Assembly (NCBI GenBank): GCA_963776245.1
Contig: CAVZLN010000003.1
Coordinates: 672,001-736,000, forward strand
DNA from: Candidatus Eiseniibacteriota bacterium
GTDB lineage: Bacteria; Eisenbacteria; RBG-16-71-46
Direction: 5' to 3'
DNA length: 64,000 nt
Shown here one piece after another: positions 18,704 to 27,858 of the stretch. The notes under the pieces were generated by a model. The model saw only the letters and a list, made by a program, of their open reading frames with translations, was not told the DNA's origin and made no database searches. Position numbers and translations under genes: made by a program. The first letter of the stretch is position 1; the number at the start of each line of letters is the position of its first letter.

Positions 18704-18767
18704 CGAGACGCCGCGGCGGTTCCGGCAGGCGGGGCCGTGCTACCCTGCGCGTCCGGAGGGTCCGCCC

Positions 18768-19550
18768 ATGGAACTGCGCCTGTACCAGGTCGATGCGTTC
18801 GCATCCGAGGTGTTCCGCGGCAACCCGGCGGCGGTGATGCCGCTGGCGGAGTGGCTCCCGGACGGCGTGATGCAGTCGATCGCGGCGGAGAACAACCTCT
18901 CCGAGACCGCGTTCCTGGTCGCGAACGGCCCCGACTACGACCTGCGCTGGTTCACGCCCGGGGTCGAGGTGGACCTGTGCGGGCACGCCACCCTGGCGGC
19001 CGCGTTCGTCGTGTTCACCCAGCTCGAGCCGCTGCGCGAGAGCGTGACGTTCCACACCCGCAGCGGGCCGCTCGCGGTGGTGCGCGAGGGCGCGCGGCTG
19101 ACGATGGACTTCCCGGCGCGGCCGCCCGCGGCGTGCGCGGCCCCCGAGGCGCTCCTCCGCGCGCTCGGCCGCGCCCCGGAAGACGTCCTGCGCGCGCGGG
19201 ACTACCTGGCGGTGTTCGAGCGCGAGGAGGACGTGCTCGCGCTCCAGCCCGACTTCAGGGCGATCGCCGCGCTCGACGCGCTCGGGGTGATCGCCACCGC
19301 GCCCGGCACCGGGGGCGTGGACTTCGTGTCGCGCTTCTTCGCCCCCGCCGCGGGCGTGCCCGAGGACCCGGTCACCGGCTCGGCGCATTCCACGCTGGTG
19401 CCGTACTGGTCGCAGCGGCTCGGCAAGCGGAAGCTCCACGCCCGGCAGGTCTCGCGGCGTGGCGGCGAGCTGTTCTGCGAGGACCACGGCGCGCGCGTCA
19501 CCATCGCCGGGCACGCGGTGCCCTACCTCGAAGGCACCGTCCGATTGTGA
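18768..19550 (+). CDS. PhzF family isomerase/epimerase
   Basis: YQVDAF, GNPAAV, ENNLSETAF, LRWFTPGVEVDLCGHATLA, EDPVTGSAH. Confidence 0.92.
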   Translation: MELRLYQVDAFASEVFRGNPAAVMPLAEWLPDGVMQSIAAENNLSETAFLVANGPDYDLRWFTPGVEVDLCGHATLAAAFVVFTQLEPLRESVTFHTRSGPLAVVREGARLTMDFPARPPAACAAPEALLRALGRAPEDVLRARDYLAVFEREEDVLALQPDFRAIAALDALGVIATAPGTGGVDFVSRFFAPAAGVPEDPVTGSAHSTLVPYWSQRLGKRKLHARQVSRRGGELFCEDHGARVTIAGHAVPYLEGTVRL

Positions 19551-20458
19551 GGAAGACGCTCGGCCTCCTCGCGGGGGTGGCGGTCCTGGTCGCCGGCATC
19601 GCGCTGTTCCGCGGCGCAGGCGGCTGCGCGCCGGCCGACGCGCTGCGCGCCCGCCTCGCCCCGCTCGCCCGCCGCGAGCGCGCGCCGCGCCCCGACCTCG
19701 GCGCGCGGGTGGAGCGCTGGCTCCTGATCGACGCGCGCGGCGACACCACGCGGGCGCTCTGGCGCGCCGCCGCTCCGGGCGCGCGACGGCCGTGGACGGT
19801 GGTGATGCTGGGCGGCATCGGGACCGGCGATCGCGCGGCGCTCCTGTTCCCGGAGGACCTGCCCGTGAACGTGCTCGCGGTGGACTGGCCGTGGCGCGGC
19901 GCACGCCGCATGGGCGGCGCGCGGCTGGTGGCGTCCGCTCCGGCGCTCCGCGCCGCGCTCTTCCGCACGCCGGCCTGTCTCGCGCTCGGGCTCGACGCGG
20001 TCGCCGGCGTGGCGGGCGTGGACACCACGCGCATCGCCCTGCTGGGCGCCAGCCTCGGGGCACCGCCGTCGATCGCGGCGCTGAGCCTGTCGCGGCGGCC
20101 GGCCGCGCTGGTGCTGGTGGACGGCTTCGCCGGGCTCGAGCCCGCGCTGCGCCACGCGATCGCGCGCGAGACCCGCCCGCGCTGGGTCGCGCGCCCGCTC
20201 GCCACGCTCGCGGCCGCGCTGCTCGACCCGCTCGAGCCCGCCCGTCACGCCGCGGCGCTGGCACTGCCGGCGCTGGTCATCAACGCCCGGCGCGACGAGC
20301 GCATCCCGCGCGAGTGCGTGCTGCGATTGCACGCGCTGATGCCGCGGGCCACCATCCGCTGGCGCGCCGACACCCACGTGCTGCCCGAGCGCCGCGCGCT
20401 CATCGCCGAGCTCGCGCGCGAGGCGAGCGCCTGGCTCGATTCGCTGCCGGCGCGCTGA
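19547..20458 (+). CDS. Membrane-anchored alpha/beta hydrolase-fold protein
   Basis: GTGA overlap start, N-terminal hydrophobic segment, DTTRIALLGASLG, INARRDERIP, THV. Confidence 0.65.
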   Translation: MRKTLGLLAGVAVLVAGIALFRGAGGCAPADALRARLAPLARRERAPRPDLGARVERWLLIDARGDTTRALWRAAAPGARRPWTVVMLGGIGTGDRAALLFPEDLPVNVLAVDWPWRGARRMGGARLVASAPALRAALFRTPACLALGLDAVAGVAGVDTTRIALLGASLGAPPSIAALSLSRRPAALVLVDGFAGLEPALRHAIARETRPRWVARPLATLAAALLDPLEPARHAAALALPALVINARRDERIPRECVLRLHALMPRATIRWRADTHVLPERRALIAELAREASAWLDSLPAR

Positions 20459-20657
20459 ACCGCACGGTCCACGCCGCCCGCGCGCGGTTGCACCCTCCGG
20501 GACACCCGCGGCCCGCGGGCTCATGACCCGCCGCGGTCAAGCCGCTGCGCACCAACACCTCGCGGCGCGGTGCCGCGCCCGGCACGCCGGCTGCTCTCCT
20601 TCTCCGGCGTCGTCCCCGACATCGCTCCCGACCCGAAGCACCCGATGGAGGATCACC

Positions 20658-20981
20658 ATGAAGCGCATGCTCGTCATCCTCGTGCTCGCCGCGATCGCCG
20701 CCGGATCCGCCACCTCCGCGCTCGCCGGCACCGTCCGCCAGGAGCGCCGCGAGGCGCGCCAGACCGCGCGCATCGCCCAGGGGGCGCGGTGCGGCCAGCT
20801 GACGCGCGGCGAGACCGCGCGCCTGCTCCGCGGCCAGGCGCGCGTGGACCGGATGGAGGCGCGCGCGCTGGCGAACGACGGCCGCATCGGACCGCGCGAG
20901 CGCGCCCGCATCGAGCGCGCCCAGGACCGGCAGAGCCGCGTCATCCACCGCCTGCGTCACAACCGCCGCGGCGCGCGCTGA
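20658..20981 (+). CDS. Small secreted helical protein (RQxxRIxQG..G.LT..E repeat family)
   Basis: GGAGG RBS, signal peptide, RREARQTARIAQGARCGQLTRGE...QDRQSRVIHRLRHN. Confidence 0.75.
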   Translation: MKRMLVILVLAAIAAGSATSALAGTVRQERREARQTARIAQGARCGQLTRGETARLLRGQARVDRMEARALANDGRIGPRERARIERAQDRQSRVIHRLRHNRRGAR

Positions 20982-21009
20982 GCACCGCGCGCCGCGCCCG
21001 GCCGGGTCG

Positions 21010-22347
21010 TCAGCGGCGTCGCGATCCGGGCGCGCGCGTGTACGAGACGCTCAGGCGCGCGCCGTCGCCGCCCGGGCCGAGCGGCCAGGCGAGGTCCACG
21101 CGCAGCAGATCCAGGGGCGAGGGGATCCCGGGCTGGTAGAGCAGCGACACGCCCGCTTCCGCCAGCCCGTCCGCCGCGCGCGGCCAGTCGACGCCGGGTC
21201 GCGCGCGGCCGGTGTACGGATCGAGCCCCCACACCGCGCCCGCTCCGGCGAACACGCCCGCCTGCAGCGGCAGCGCCCCCGGGTGCGGGAGGCGCGCGGC
21301 CGCGAGCACGTCGAACGTGGTGACGAGGTCGAGCCGCGCGAGCGCCAGGCCGGTGCCCCCGCGCGCGGCGCCGGCGAGCGAACGCAGCGAGCCCGCGCCG
21401 CCGAGGAAGAACGCGGCCTGCGGCACCGGTTGTCCCGACAGCCGGCCGTACACCAGTTGCGGCACCGCGGCGAGCCGCCGTCCGAGCCCCACGTCTCCGG
21501 TCAGGGCGACGCGCGTGCGCCGGTACTCGAAGTCGCTGTTCAGCGCCGCGCCGGAGGTGAGGTGGGTGACGTCGAGCTCGAGCGGGGTCCCGGGGAGGTG
21601 GGCGCCGGCCGAGAGCCGCAGCTCGCGCGCGCGGCCGCGCCAGGCGGGCAGGTTGTCGGGCACCAGCAGATCGGAGTGCGTCAGGTTCCAGGTGGTCGTC
21701 ACCGCGAGCGGGCGCTCCAGCTGGTCGCGATACCCGATGCCGGCACGCCAGGCCGTGCGCTCGTGGTCGAGACCGGCCTCGAGCCCGTCGCGCCGCAGCA
21801 ACCGCCGCGCGTCCTGGCCGGAGATCAGCGCGCGCAGCGTGGCGAGCCGGCCGCCGCCGTCGCGATCCATGCCGTCGGCGTAGCGGTGAGCGCCCACGGT
21901 GAGCCGCAGCGGCCGCTCGCGCAGCGGGCGCGCGAGCGTCACGCTGCCGCCCCCGAGCCAGGTGTCCGAGCCGGTGGCGTGGCGCAGGCGAGCTTCGAGG
22001 CGCGCGCCGCCGCGCTCGCGGCCGAGGGCGGCGCCGGCGCCCCACGAAGCGCCATCCACGCGGTCGAAGCGGAGGTCCGGCCAGTACGACAGCCGGAGGC
22101 GATGGCGCGCCGCGGCCGGACGAGCGAGCCCGGAGACCAGCGCGCTGTCGAGGCCGGCGGTGTCGAGCGGCGCCGCGGTGACGCCGAAGTACCGGTCGGT
22201 CGAGTCGGCGAGCCCGCCGAGGAAGCGCGTCAGCGCGCTGTCGGGCTCGGTGCGCTGCGCGCGCGCGACCGCGGGCGCGACGGCGGCGCCGGCGAGCGCG
22301 AGCGCGGCGAGGGCGGCGCGGCCGAGGCGGGAGGCGGACGCGCTCAT
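21010..22347 (-). CDS. Outer-membrane beta-barrel protein (BamA/TamA- or DUF5686 C-terminus-like)
   Basis: Signal peptide, RFDRVDG, alternating beta-strand pattern, FFLGGAGSLRS loop, LLRVDLAWPL. Confidence 0.65.
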   Translation of the reverse strand: MSASASRLGRAALAALALAGAAVAPAVARAQRTEPDSALTRFLGGLADSTDRYFGVTAAPLDTAGLDSALVSGLARPAAARHRLRLSYWPDLRFDRVDGASWGAGAALGRERGGARLEARLRHATGSDTWLGGGSVTLARPLRERPLRLTVGAHRYADGMDRDGGGRLATLRALISGQDARRLLRRDGLEAGLDHERTAWRAGIGYRDQLERPLAVTTTWNLTHSDLLVPDNLPAWRGRARELRLSAGAHLPGTPLELDVTHLTSGAALNSDFEYRRTRVALTGDVGLGRRLAAVPQLVYGRLSGQPVPQAAFFLGGAGSLRSLAGAARGGTGLALARLDLVTTFDVLAAARLPHPGALPLQAGVFAGAGAVWGLDPYTGRARPGVDWPRAADGLAEAGVSLLYQPGIPSPLDLLRVDLAWPLGPGGDGARLSVSYTRAPGSRRR

Positions 22348-23192
22348 CGGGCCTCCCCGGCGGCACGCGGGTGCCGGGTGTCGGCGAACAGCGAGTCGGC
22401 GAGCCCGCGGTTGATGGCGTAGTCGTCGAACGCGATCGCGAAGTCGAAGCTGCGTCCGAGCCCGGGGATCGGCAGGGTGGCGTCGGCGCGCAGCAGCACG
22501 CGGCGCAGCACCCAAAAGCCGTCCGCGCGACCGCGCTCGACCACCATGCGGCGCACCCCGCGCAGGAACAGCGGCACCGGCGAGCGCTCGAACGACACCT
22601 CCTGGCGGACGATGACGAACTCGTTGGTGTCCACCCACACCAGGCCGCTGGGGGTCGTGGGGTCGAGGCGCGAGCGCGGCTCGAACGCGATGCGATAGAT
22701 CAGGCGCGGTCCCGGCAGCACCTCACGGCCGACGATGCGGTAGCGGAAGTCGCGCCGCGCCGCCGGATGGAACGCGAAGTTCACGATGTCCTCGCCCATC
22801 GAAGGCCCGACCTCGAGGTCGGCCTCGGCCTTCGCGCCCTCGCCCCTCTTGGCGCGCCAGTCGCGCAGCACCACGCTGCGGGACCGGCCGGGGCGCTGCT
22901 TCCACACCTGCAGCACGGTCTCGCTCTGGAGCGCGGGCGGCTTCCGCGGGTCCCCGGCATCCCGCACCAGGCGCACCGTGACGCGGAACCGCTGGTCGGT
23001 GAGGAGCGACTCGCGCCGGGCCTCGCCGCGCGCCACGCGGTCGAGGATCTCGTCGAGGGTGACGCGGGGCGCGCGCACCAGCACCTCGGGCACCTCGGTG
23101 TGGAGCGTGTCCTCGCGCGCCAGCGTGGGCCCGCTGGAGGCGGGTGGGGCCGAGAGCGCGACGGCGGCGAGCAGGGGCAGGAACAGGTTCAT
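22344..23192 (-). CDS. Secreted protein, LolA-like / DUF5686 N-terminus-like
   Basis: Signal peptide; VPEVLVRA, LDEILDRV, YRIAFEPR, GLVWVDTNEFVIVRQE, GFWV, FDDYAINRGLADSLF; ATGA-coupled to the barrel gene. Confidence 0.6.
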   Translation of the reverse strand: MNLFLPLLAAVALSAPPASSGPTLAREDTLHTEVPEVLVRAPRVTLDEILDRVARGEARRESLLTDQRFRVTVRLVRDAGDPRKPPALQSETVLQVWKQRPGRSRSVVLRDWRAKRGEGAKAEADLEVGPSMGEDIVNFAFHPAARRDFRYRIVGREVLPGPRLIYRIAFEPRSRLDPTTPSGLVWVDTNEFVIVRQEVSFERSPVPLFLRGVRRMVVERGRADGFWVLRRVLLRADATLPIPGLGRSFDFAIAFDDYAINRGLADSLFADTRHPRAAGEAR

Positions 23193-23337
23193 GGTCCCTC
23201 GCGGAGGCGCGGCATGGTAGCCCGCGGTGAAGCGCGCCCGCAACACCGTGCGACCGCGCGGCCACACCCGTCCGCGCCTCCTCATGTGTCGGCGCCACAT
23301 GGCGGTATCCTGCCGGAGTGGAACGCAAGGAGCGGTC

Positions 23338-23353
23338 CGGCACGGGGCGTGCG
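23338..23353 (+). promoter_or_regulatory. Candidate sigma54 promoter
   Basis: CGGCACGGGGCGTGCG (GG-N10-GC), about 60 nt upstream of the OMP gene. Confidence 0.45.
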
Positions 23354-23415
23354 TGGGAGCATGTCCGTCCGCGACATCCAGAGTCGATTCACCCTTCAGT
23401 CCTAAGGAGGATCCC

Positions 23416-24246
23416 GTGAACCGTCGTCCCGTCACCGCTGCCGTCCTCGCGGCGGCCCTGCTGTTGCCGGGGATGGCCCTCGCGAGCCCGCCCCCGGCGG
23501 AGTCCGTTGCCCGCTCGCTCGCCGGGGATGCCCTCACGATCCCCGCGCAGATCGCGTCCAACAGCTTCGCGCTCGCGGCCACCTTCCTCCCCGGCGCCGA
23601 GGACCGCTACGCGTCGGTGCGCTACCGTCCGCGCTCCCGCGGCGACCGCTACGATCGCTACGATCGCGGCCCGCGGGTGGCGAACCCGGTGCAGTTCCAC
23701 CTCGGATTCTTCGATCCCGAGGGCGACGCGGGCAACGCCTTCGTCGCGGGCCTGCGCGGCGGCCCCCAGGTGGACAAGCACATCCAGGTGGGTGCCGGCA
23801 TCGACTGGATCCACAAGACCGAGAACAGCGCCGCCATCCTCTCGGAGAGCGCAGGCCCGAGCGGCACCACCATCACCACGCAGCAGCAGCTGAGCGAGTC
23901 GTCGTCCGACCTGTTCCCGCTGATGGCCTTCGTGCAGGTGAACGCCGACGAGAGCCTGCCGGTGATGCCCTACGTCGGGCTCGCGGGCGGCTACCAGGTG
24001 CTCTACCTGTCGGCCACCGACTACCTGACCCGCGAGGCCTTCGACGGCACCTTCGGCGGCTGGGCGTGGCAGGCGTGGGGGGGCGTGGCGCTGCCGCTGT
24101 CCGGCCAGTCCCGCCTCAACGCCGAGTTGTTCGTGAACAACGGCGAGGCCAGCCGTGACACCGATGGCCCGCTCGGCATCACCTACCACGAGACCGTGAG
24201 CCTCGACGGCGTGGGCGGGCGCATCGGCCTGAGCTGGGGGTTCTGA
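23416..24246 (+). CDS. Outer-membrane beta-barrel protein (8-strand OmpA/OmpW-like)
   Basis: AAGGAGG RBS plus GTG; signal peptide; PYVGLAGGY; C-terminal GLSWGF (terminal Phe). Confidence 0.75.
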   Translation: MNRRPVTAAVLAAALLLPGMALASPPPAESVARSLAGDALTIPAQIASNSFALAATFLPGAEDRYASVRYRPRSRGDRYDRYDRGPRVANPVQFHLGFFDPEGDAGNAFVAGLRGGPQVDKHIQVGAGIDWIHKTENSAAILSESAGPSGTTITTQQQLSESSSDLFPLMAFVQVNADESLPVMPYVGLAGGYQVLYLSATDYLTREAFDGTFGGWAWQAWGGVALPLSGQSRLNAELFVNNGEASRDTDGPLGITYHETVSLDGVGGRIGLSWGF

Positions 24247-24396
24247 AGCGATCGATCACCCGGAAGGTCGCCGGCATGCACCTCACGGCGATCCGGCGCC
24301 GGCTCCGCCGTACGCGGGGCCGGCGCTTCCGTTCGCGCCCTCGAGCGAGCCCGTACGACGCGGCCGGGCCCCATTCGGCCGGGCCCTTGCCGGACC

Positions 24397-24425
24397 TTGC
24401 CGCGGTCCGCGCGCTGGCCTACGCT
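24397..24425 (+). promoter_or_regulatory. Sigma70-like promoter for nth
   Basis: TTGCCG-N17-TACGCT, 10 nt before ATG 24436. Confidence 0.5.
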
Positions 24426-24435
24426 CGCGCACGTC

Positions 24436-25365
24436 ATGGCACGCAAGCCTCCCCGCCGCCGTCGTGAGTCCGAGCCGCGTCCGCGCGTGCCGGGCTCCAA
24501 GCGTCCGCGCGCCGCGCCCGGCCAGGGCCGCACGCAGGCGCGTTCCGCGGCGCACGCGGCCAACCCCGGCGGGGCGGGCACCGCGCACGGCGCGCGGGCG
24601 CCGAAGCCGCCCGGCAGCGCGGCGGTGCGGCGCGCCAGCGCCCGGCGCGCGCGGGCCCGCCCCGCGCCGGCGGCGGCGAAGCCCGCGCGGGTTCGGGCGA
24701 CGGCGGCGCGCGCGCGCTTCGCGCCCCCCGCGCCCGCGCGCGTGGCGGCGCTGCTCGAGCTGCTCGAGCGGCTCTACCCCGAGGCGAGATGCGCGCTCGA
24801 CTTCGAGACGCCGCTCCACCTGCTGATCGCCACCATCCTGTCGGCGCAGTGCACCGACGAGCGCGTCAATCGGACCACGCCGGCGCTGTTCGCTCGCTAC
24901 CCCGACGCGCCCGCGTTCGCCGCCGCCGATCCGGCCGAGCTCGAAGAGCTGGTCCGCTCCACCGGGTTCTTCCGCATGAAGGCGAAGGCGATCCGGTCGT
25001 GCTGCGCCGACATCGTGGCGAAGCACGGCGGCCTGGTGCCGCGCACCATGGACGAGCTCACCGCGCTGCGCGGCGTGGGTCGCAAGACCGCGAACGTCGT
25101 GCTCGGGAACGCCTACGGGATCCCGGGGCTGGTGGTGGACACGCACGTCACCCGGCTCGCGCACCGGCTCTCGCTCACCCGCGAGCGCGACCCGGTCCGC
25201 ATCGAGTTCGCGCTCCAGCCGCTGGTGCCGCAGCCGAATTGGACCCTGTTCTCGCACTGGCTCATCCTGCACGGCCGTCGCGTGTGCGTCGCGCGCAAGC
25301 CGCGCTGCTCCGTCTGTCCGCTCGTCCCTCATTGTCCCCGCCTCGGCGTGACCGCCTCGCAGTAG
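24436..25365 (+). CDS. nth: Endonuclease III with a basic N-terminal extension
   Basis: LIATILSAQCTDERVN, HhH LRGVGRKTANVVLG, VDTH, and 4Fe-4S motif C-X6-C-X2-C-X5-C. Confidence 0.93.
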   Translation: MARKPPRRRRESEPRPRVPGSKRPRAAPGQGRTQARSAAHAANPGGAGTAHGARAPKPPGSAAVRRASARRARARPAPAAAKPARVRATAARARFAPPAPARVAALLELLERLYPEARCALDFETPLHLLIATILSAQCTDERVNRTTPALFARYPDAPAFAAADPAELEELVRSTGFFRMKAKAIRSCCADIVAKHGGLVPRTMDELTALRGVGRKTANVVLGNAYGIPGLVVDTHVTRLAHRLSLTRERDPVRIEFALQPLVPQPNWTLFSHWLILHGRRVCVARKPRCSVCPLVPHCPRLGVTASQ

Positions 25366-25397
25366 GCGCGCGGCCGCCGCGGACCGAGGTCCGCCCC

Positions 25398-27824
25398 ATG
25401 CTCTACGGCCGTCCCGCACCGTCCGTCCTCGCCGCGCTCCTCGTGCTCGCCGTCAGCCCGCCGGTCTCTGCGTCCCCCGCCCCGCCGTCCACGCCGGCGC
25501 CGGTGTACGGCAACGAGAGCGCCGCCGCGGCCGACGCCGGCGCCTCGCTGCTGTTCGATCCGGCCGCGCTCGGGCTGCGCTATCCCTCCGAGCTGGCGCT
25601 CTCGTACGGCGAGGACGCCGCCGGCCGCGCGGCGTGGCGCGGGTTCGCCAGCGCCCGCACCCTCGGGCTCGCGTATGAGGACGAGGGCGATGGGGCCCGC
25701 GCGTTCACGCTCGGCACCGCGGCGGGCGGCGAGCCGCTGCGCGGCGGCTGGGCGACCACCTGGCGGCGCGTCGCGGGAGGCGCGCGGGTCACCGACCACC
25801 GCGCCGGACTGCTGTCGCGCCCGCAGCCCTGGCTCTCGCTCGGCGCGGTCGCCGACCACGTGACCGAGCCGCGGCTGGCGGGCGCGCGCCTGGCGCGCAC
25901 CTGGGACCTCGCCCTCGGCCTGCGTCCGCTGGCGCTCGCGCGTCCGCGCGCGCACACCTGGGGCACGCGGCTCACCCTCACCGGCGACGTGCGCCTGCTC
26001 GAGGACGGCGACGCGCGGTCCGCGCGGGTGCGGATCGGCGCCGAGCTCGAGGCGCTGCCCGGCGTGCTGCTGCGCGCCGCGTTCGAGGACCATGGCGGGG
26101 TGCAGGCGGGCGTGGCGCTGCTCGGGCCGCGCGTGGGCTATCACGCGCAGTCGGCCTACGACCGCGCGGGCGGGCGCCGCTATTCCACGCACACCCTCTC
26201 GTTCCACGACGCCGAGGACCGCACCGTGCTCGCCGGACGCGCGCTGCGCCGCGTGGCGGTCATCCAGGCCGGGGGGCTGCTCGGGGACGAGTCGCTCGGC
26301 GGCGTGTCGCTGATGGGCGGGGACGCCCACACGCGCGCGGCGCCGCTCCACCGCGCCCTCGAGCGCGCGCTCGACGACCCGCTCACGCGCGGCGTGCTCC
26401 TCGACCTGCGCGGGGTGTCGGGGCTGGCGCAGATCGAGGAACTGCGTCCGCGCATCGCGCGGCTGCGCGCCGCCGGCAAGCCGGTGGTGGCGTGGCTCGA
26501 GTACGGCGGAGGCCGCGGCGACCTGTTCCTGGCGAGCGCGTGCGACCGCATCGTCGCGTCGCCCGAGGCGAGCTTCGCGGCGCTCGGACTGCGCAGCGAG
26601 CGGCGCTACTACCGGCGCCTGCTCGAGCGCTGGGGCGTGCGCATGGACCGCTCCTCGATCGGCGCGTACAAGTCGGCGTTCCGCAACTTCAGCGTGGACT
26701 CCACGCCCCCCGCCGACCGCGAGGTCATCGAGCACAATCTCGGCGTCGTGCAGGAGCTTTTCGTGACGGCGGTCGCCGCCGACCGCCGCATGGAACGCGG
26801 CCGGCTGCTCACCCTGCTCGACGGCCGCGCCTGGCCGGCGCGCGAGGTGGCGAAGGCCGGCCTGATCGATTCGGTCGGCTACCGCGAGGACGCGCTCGCG
26901 CTGCTGGGCGGCCTCGCCGGCCTCGGCGCCAAGCCGCGCGAATCGCATCCGGATGAGGTGCCCGAGGTGACGCGTGAATGGACCGTGCCGACGCGCGTCG
27001 CGGTGGTGTACGCGGCCGGCGGCATCAGCGAGGGCCGCAGCGGCAACGATCTGCTCACCGGCCCGTTCATGGGCTCGGAGACGGTGACCGAGCAGCTCGA
27101 GAGCGCGTTCGAGGACCGGCGCGTGCGCGCCGTCGTGCTGCGCGTCGAGAGCCCCGGCGGCTCGGCGCTCGCCTCGGACCTCATCCACCACACCGCCGTG
27201 CGCCTCAAGCGCACGACCCGCAAGCCGCTGATCGTCTCGATGGGCGGGGTGGCCGCGAGCGGGGGCTACTACATCTCCGGGCCCGCCGACCGCATCTTCG
27301 CCGACCGCTTCACCGCCACCGGTTCCATCGGCGTGCTGTTCGTCAAGCCGTCGCTCGAGGGCTGGTACGCGAAGCATGGCGTGCGGCAGGACGCGTTCCA
27401 GCGCGGCGACGCGATGGCCGGCTGGTCGCAGGGTCGCAACTGGGACGCCGCGATGCAGGCGAGCGCGGACTCGAGCGTCCACCAGTCGTATCGCTCGTTC
27501 GTGTCGCTCATGGCGCAGGACCGCGGCCGCGCGGTGGCCGCGCTGGACTCGGTCGCGCAGGGGCGGGTGTGGTACGGCGAGGACGCGCTCCAGCGCGGGC
27601 TGGTGGACGAGATCGGCGGCCTCGACGAGGCGCTCGCCGAGGCGCGTCGCCGCGCCGGCGTGCCCGCGGGCGAGAAGCTCCGCACCCTCGAGCTGCGCCG
27701 TCCCGCACCCGGGTTCCTGCAGCGCCTCATCGGCGAGACGGTGCGCGAGACCCTCGAGCGCGAGGCGCGCCTGCCGGAGCTCGATCAGGTGTACTGGTGG
27801 GAGGGCGACGCCGAGGTGTGGTGA
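25398..27824 (+). CDS. sppA: Signal peptide peptidase SppA (tandem S49 domains) with an N-terminal beta-barrel-like domain
   Basis: GAYKSA (catalytic Lys), LRVESPGGS, SMGGVAASGGYY (Ser), TGSIGV, AQGRVWYG, GLVDEIGGL; N-terminal signal peptide plus about 240 aa of beta-rich sequence. Confidence 0.85.
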   Translation: MLYGRPAPSVLAALLVLAVSPPVSASPAPPSTPAPVYGNESAAAADAGASLLFDPAALGLRYPSELALSYGEDAAGRAAWRGFASARTLGLAYEDEGDGARAFTLGTAAGGEPLRGGWATTWRRVAGGARVTDHRAGLLSRPQPWLSLGAVADHVTEPRLAGARLARTWDLALGLRPLALARPRAHTWGTRLTLTGDVRLLEDGDARSARVRIGAELEALPGVLLRAAFEDHGGVQAGVALLGPRVGYHAQSAYDRAGGRRYSTHTLSFHDAEDRTVLAGRALRRVAVIQAGGLLGDESLGGVSLMGGDAHTRAAPLHRALERALDDPLTRGVLLDLRGVSGLAQIEELRPRIARLRAAGKPVVAWLEYGGGRGDLFLASACDRIVASPEASFAALGLRSERRYYRRLLERWGVRMDRSSIGAYKSAFRNFSVDSTPPADREVIEHNLGVVQELFVTAVAADRRMERGRLLTLLDGRAWPAREVAKAGLIDSVGYREDALALLGGLAGLGAKPRESHPDEVPEVTREWTVPTRVAVVYAAGGISEGRSGNDLLTGPFMGSETVTEQLESAFEDRRVRAVVLRVESPGGSALASDLIHHTAVRLKRTTRKPLIVSMGGVAASGGYYISGPADRIFADRFTATGSIGVLFVKPSLEGWYAKHGVRQDAFQRGDAMAGWSQGRNWDAAMQASADSSVHQSYRSFVSLMAQDRGRAVAALDSVAQGRVWYGEDALQRGLVDEIGGLDEALAEARRRAGVPAGEKLRTLELRRPAPGFLQRLIGETVRETLEREARLPELDQVYWWEGDAEVW

Positions 27825-27858
27825 GCGCGCTGGCGCGGCGCGGCCTCGGGTCCGCCGC

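Noticed and set aside
18768..19550. Phenazine biosynthesis cluster (PhzF near a chorismate-binding enzyme)
   Set aside because: No phzA/B/D/G; the chorismate enzyme pairs with a PabC-like gene, and orphan PhzF homologs are common.
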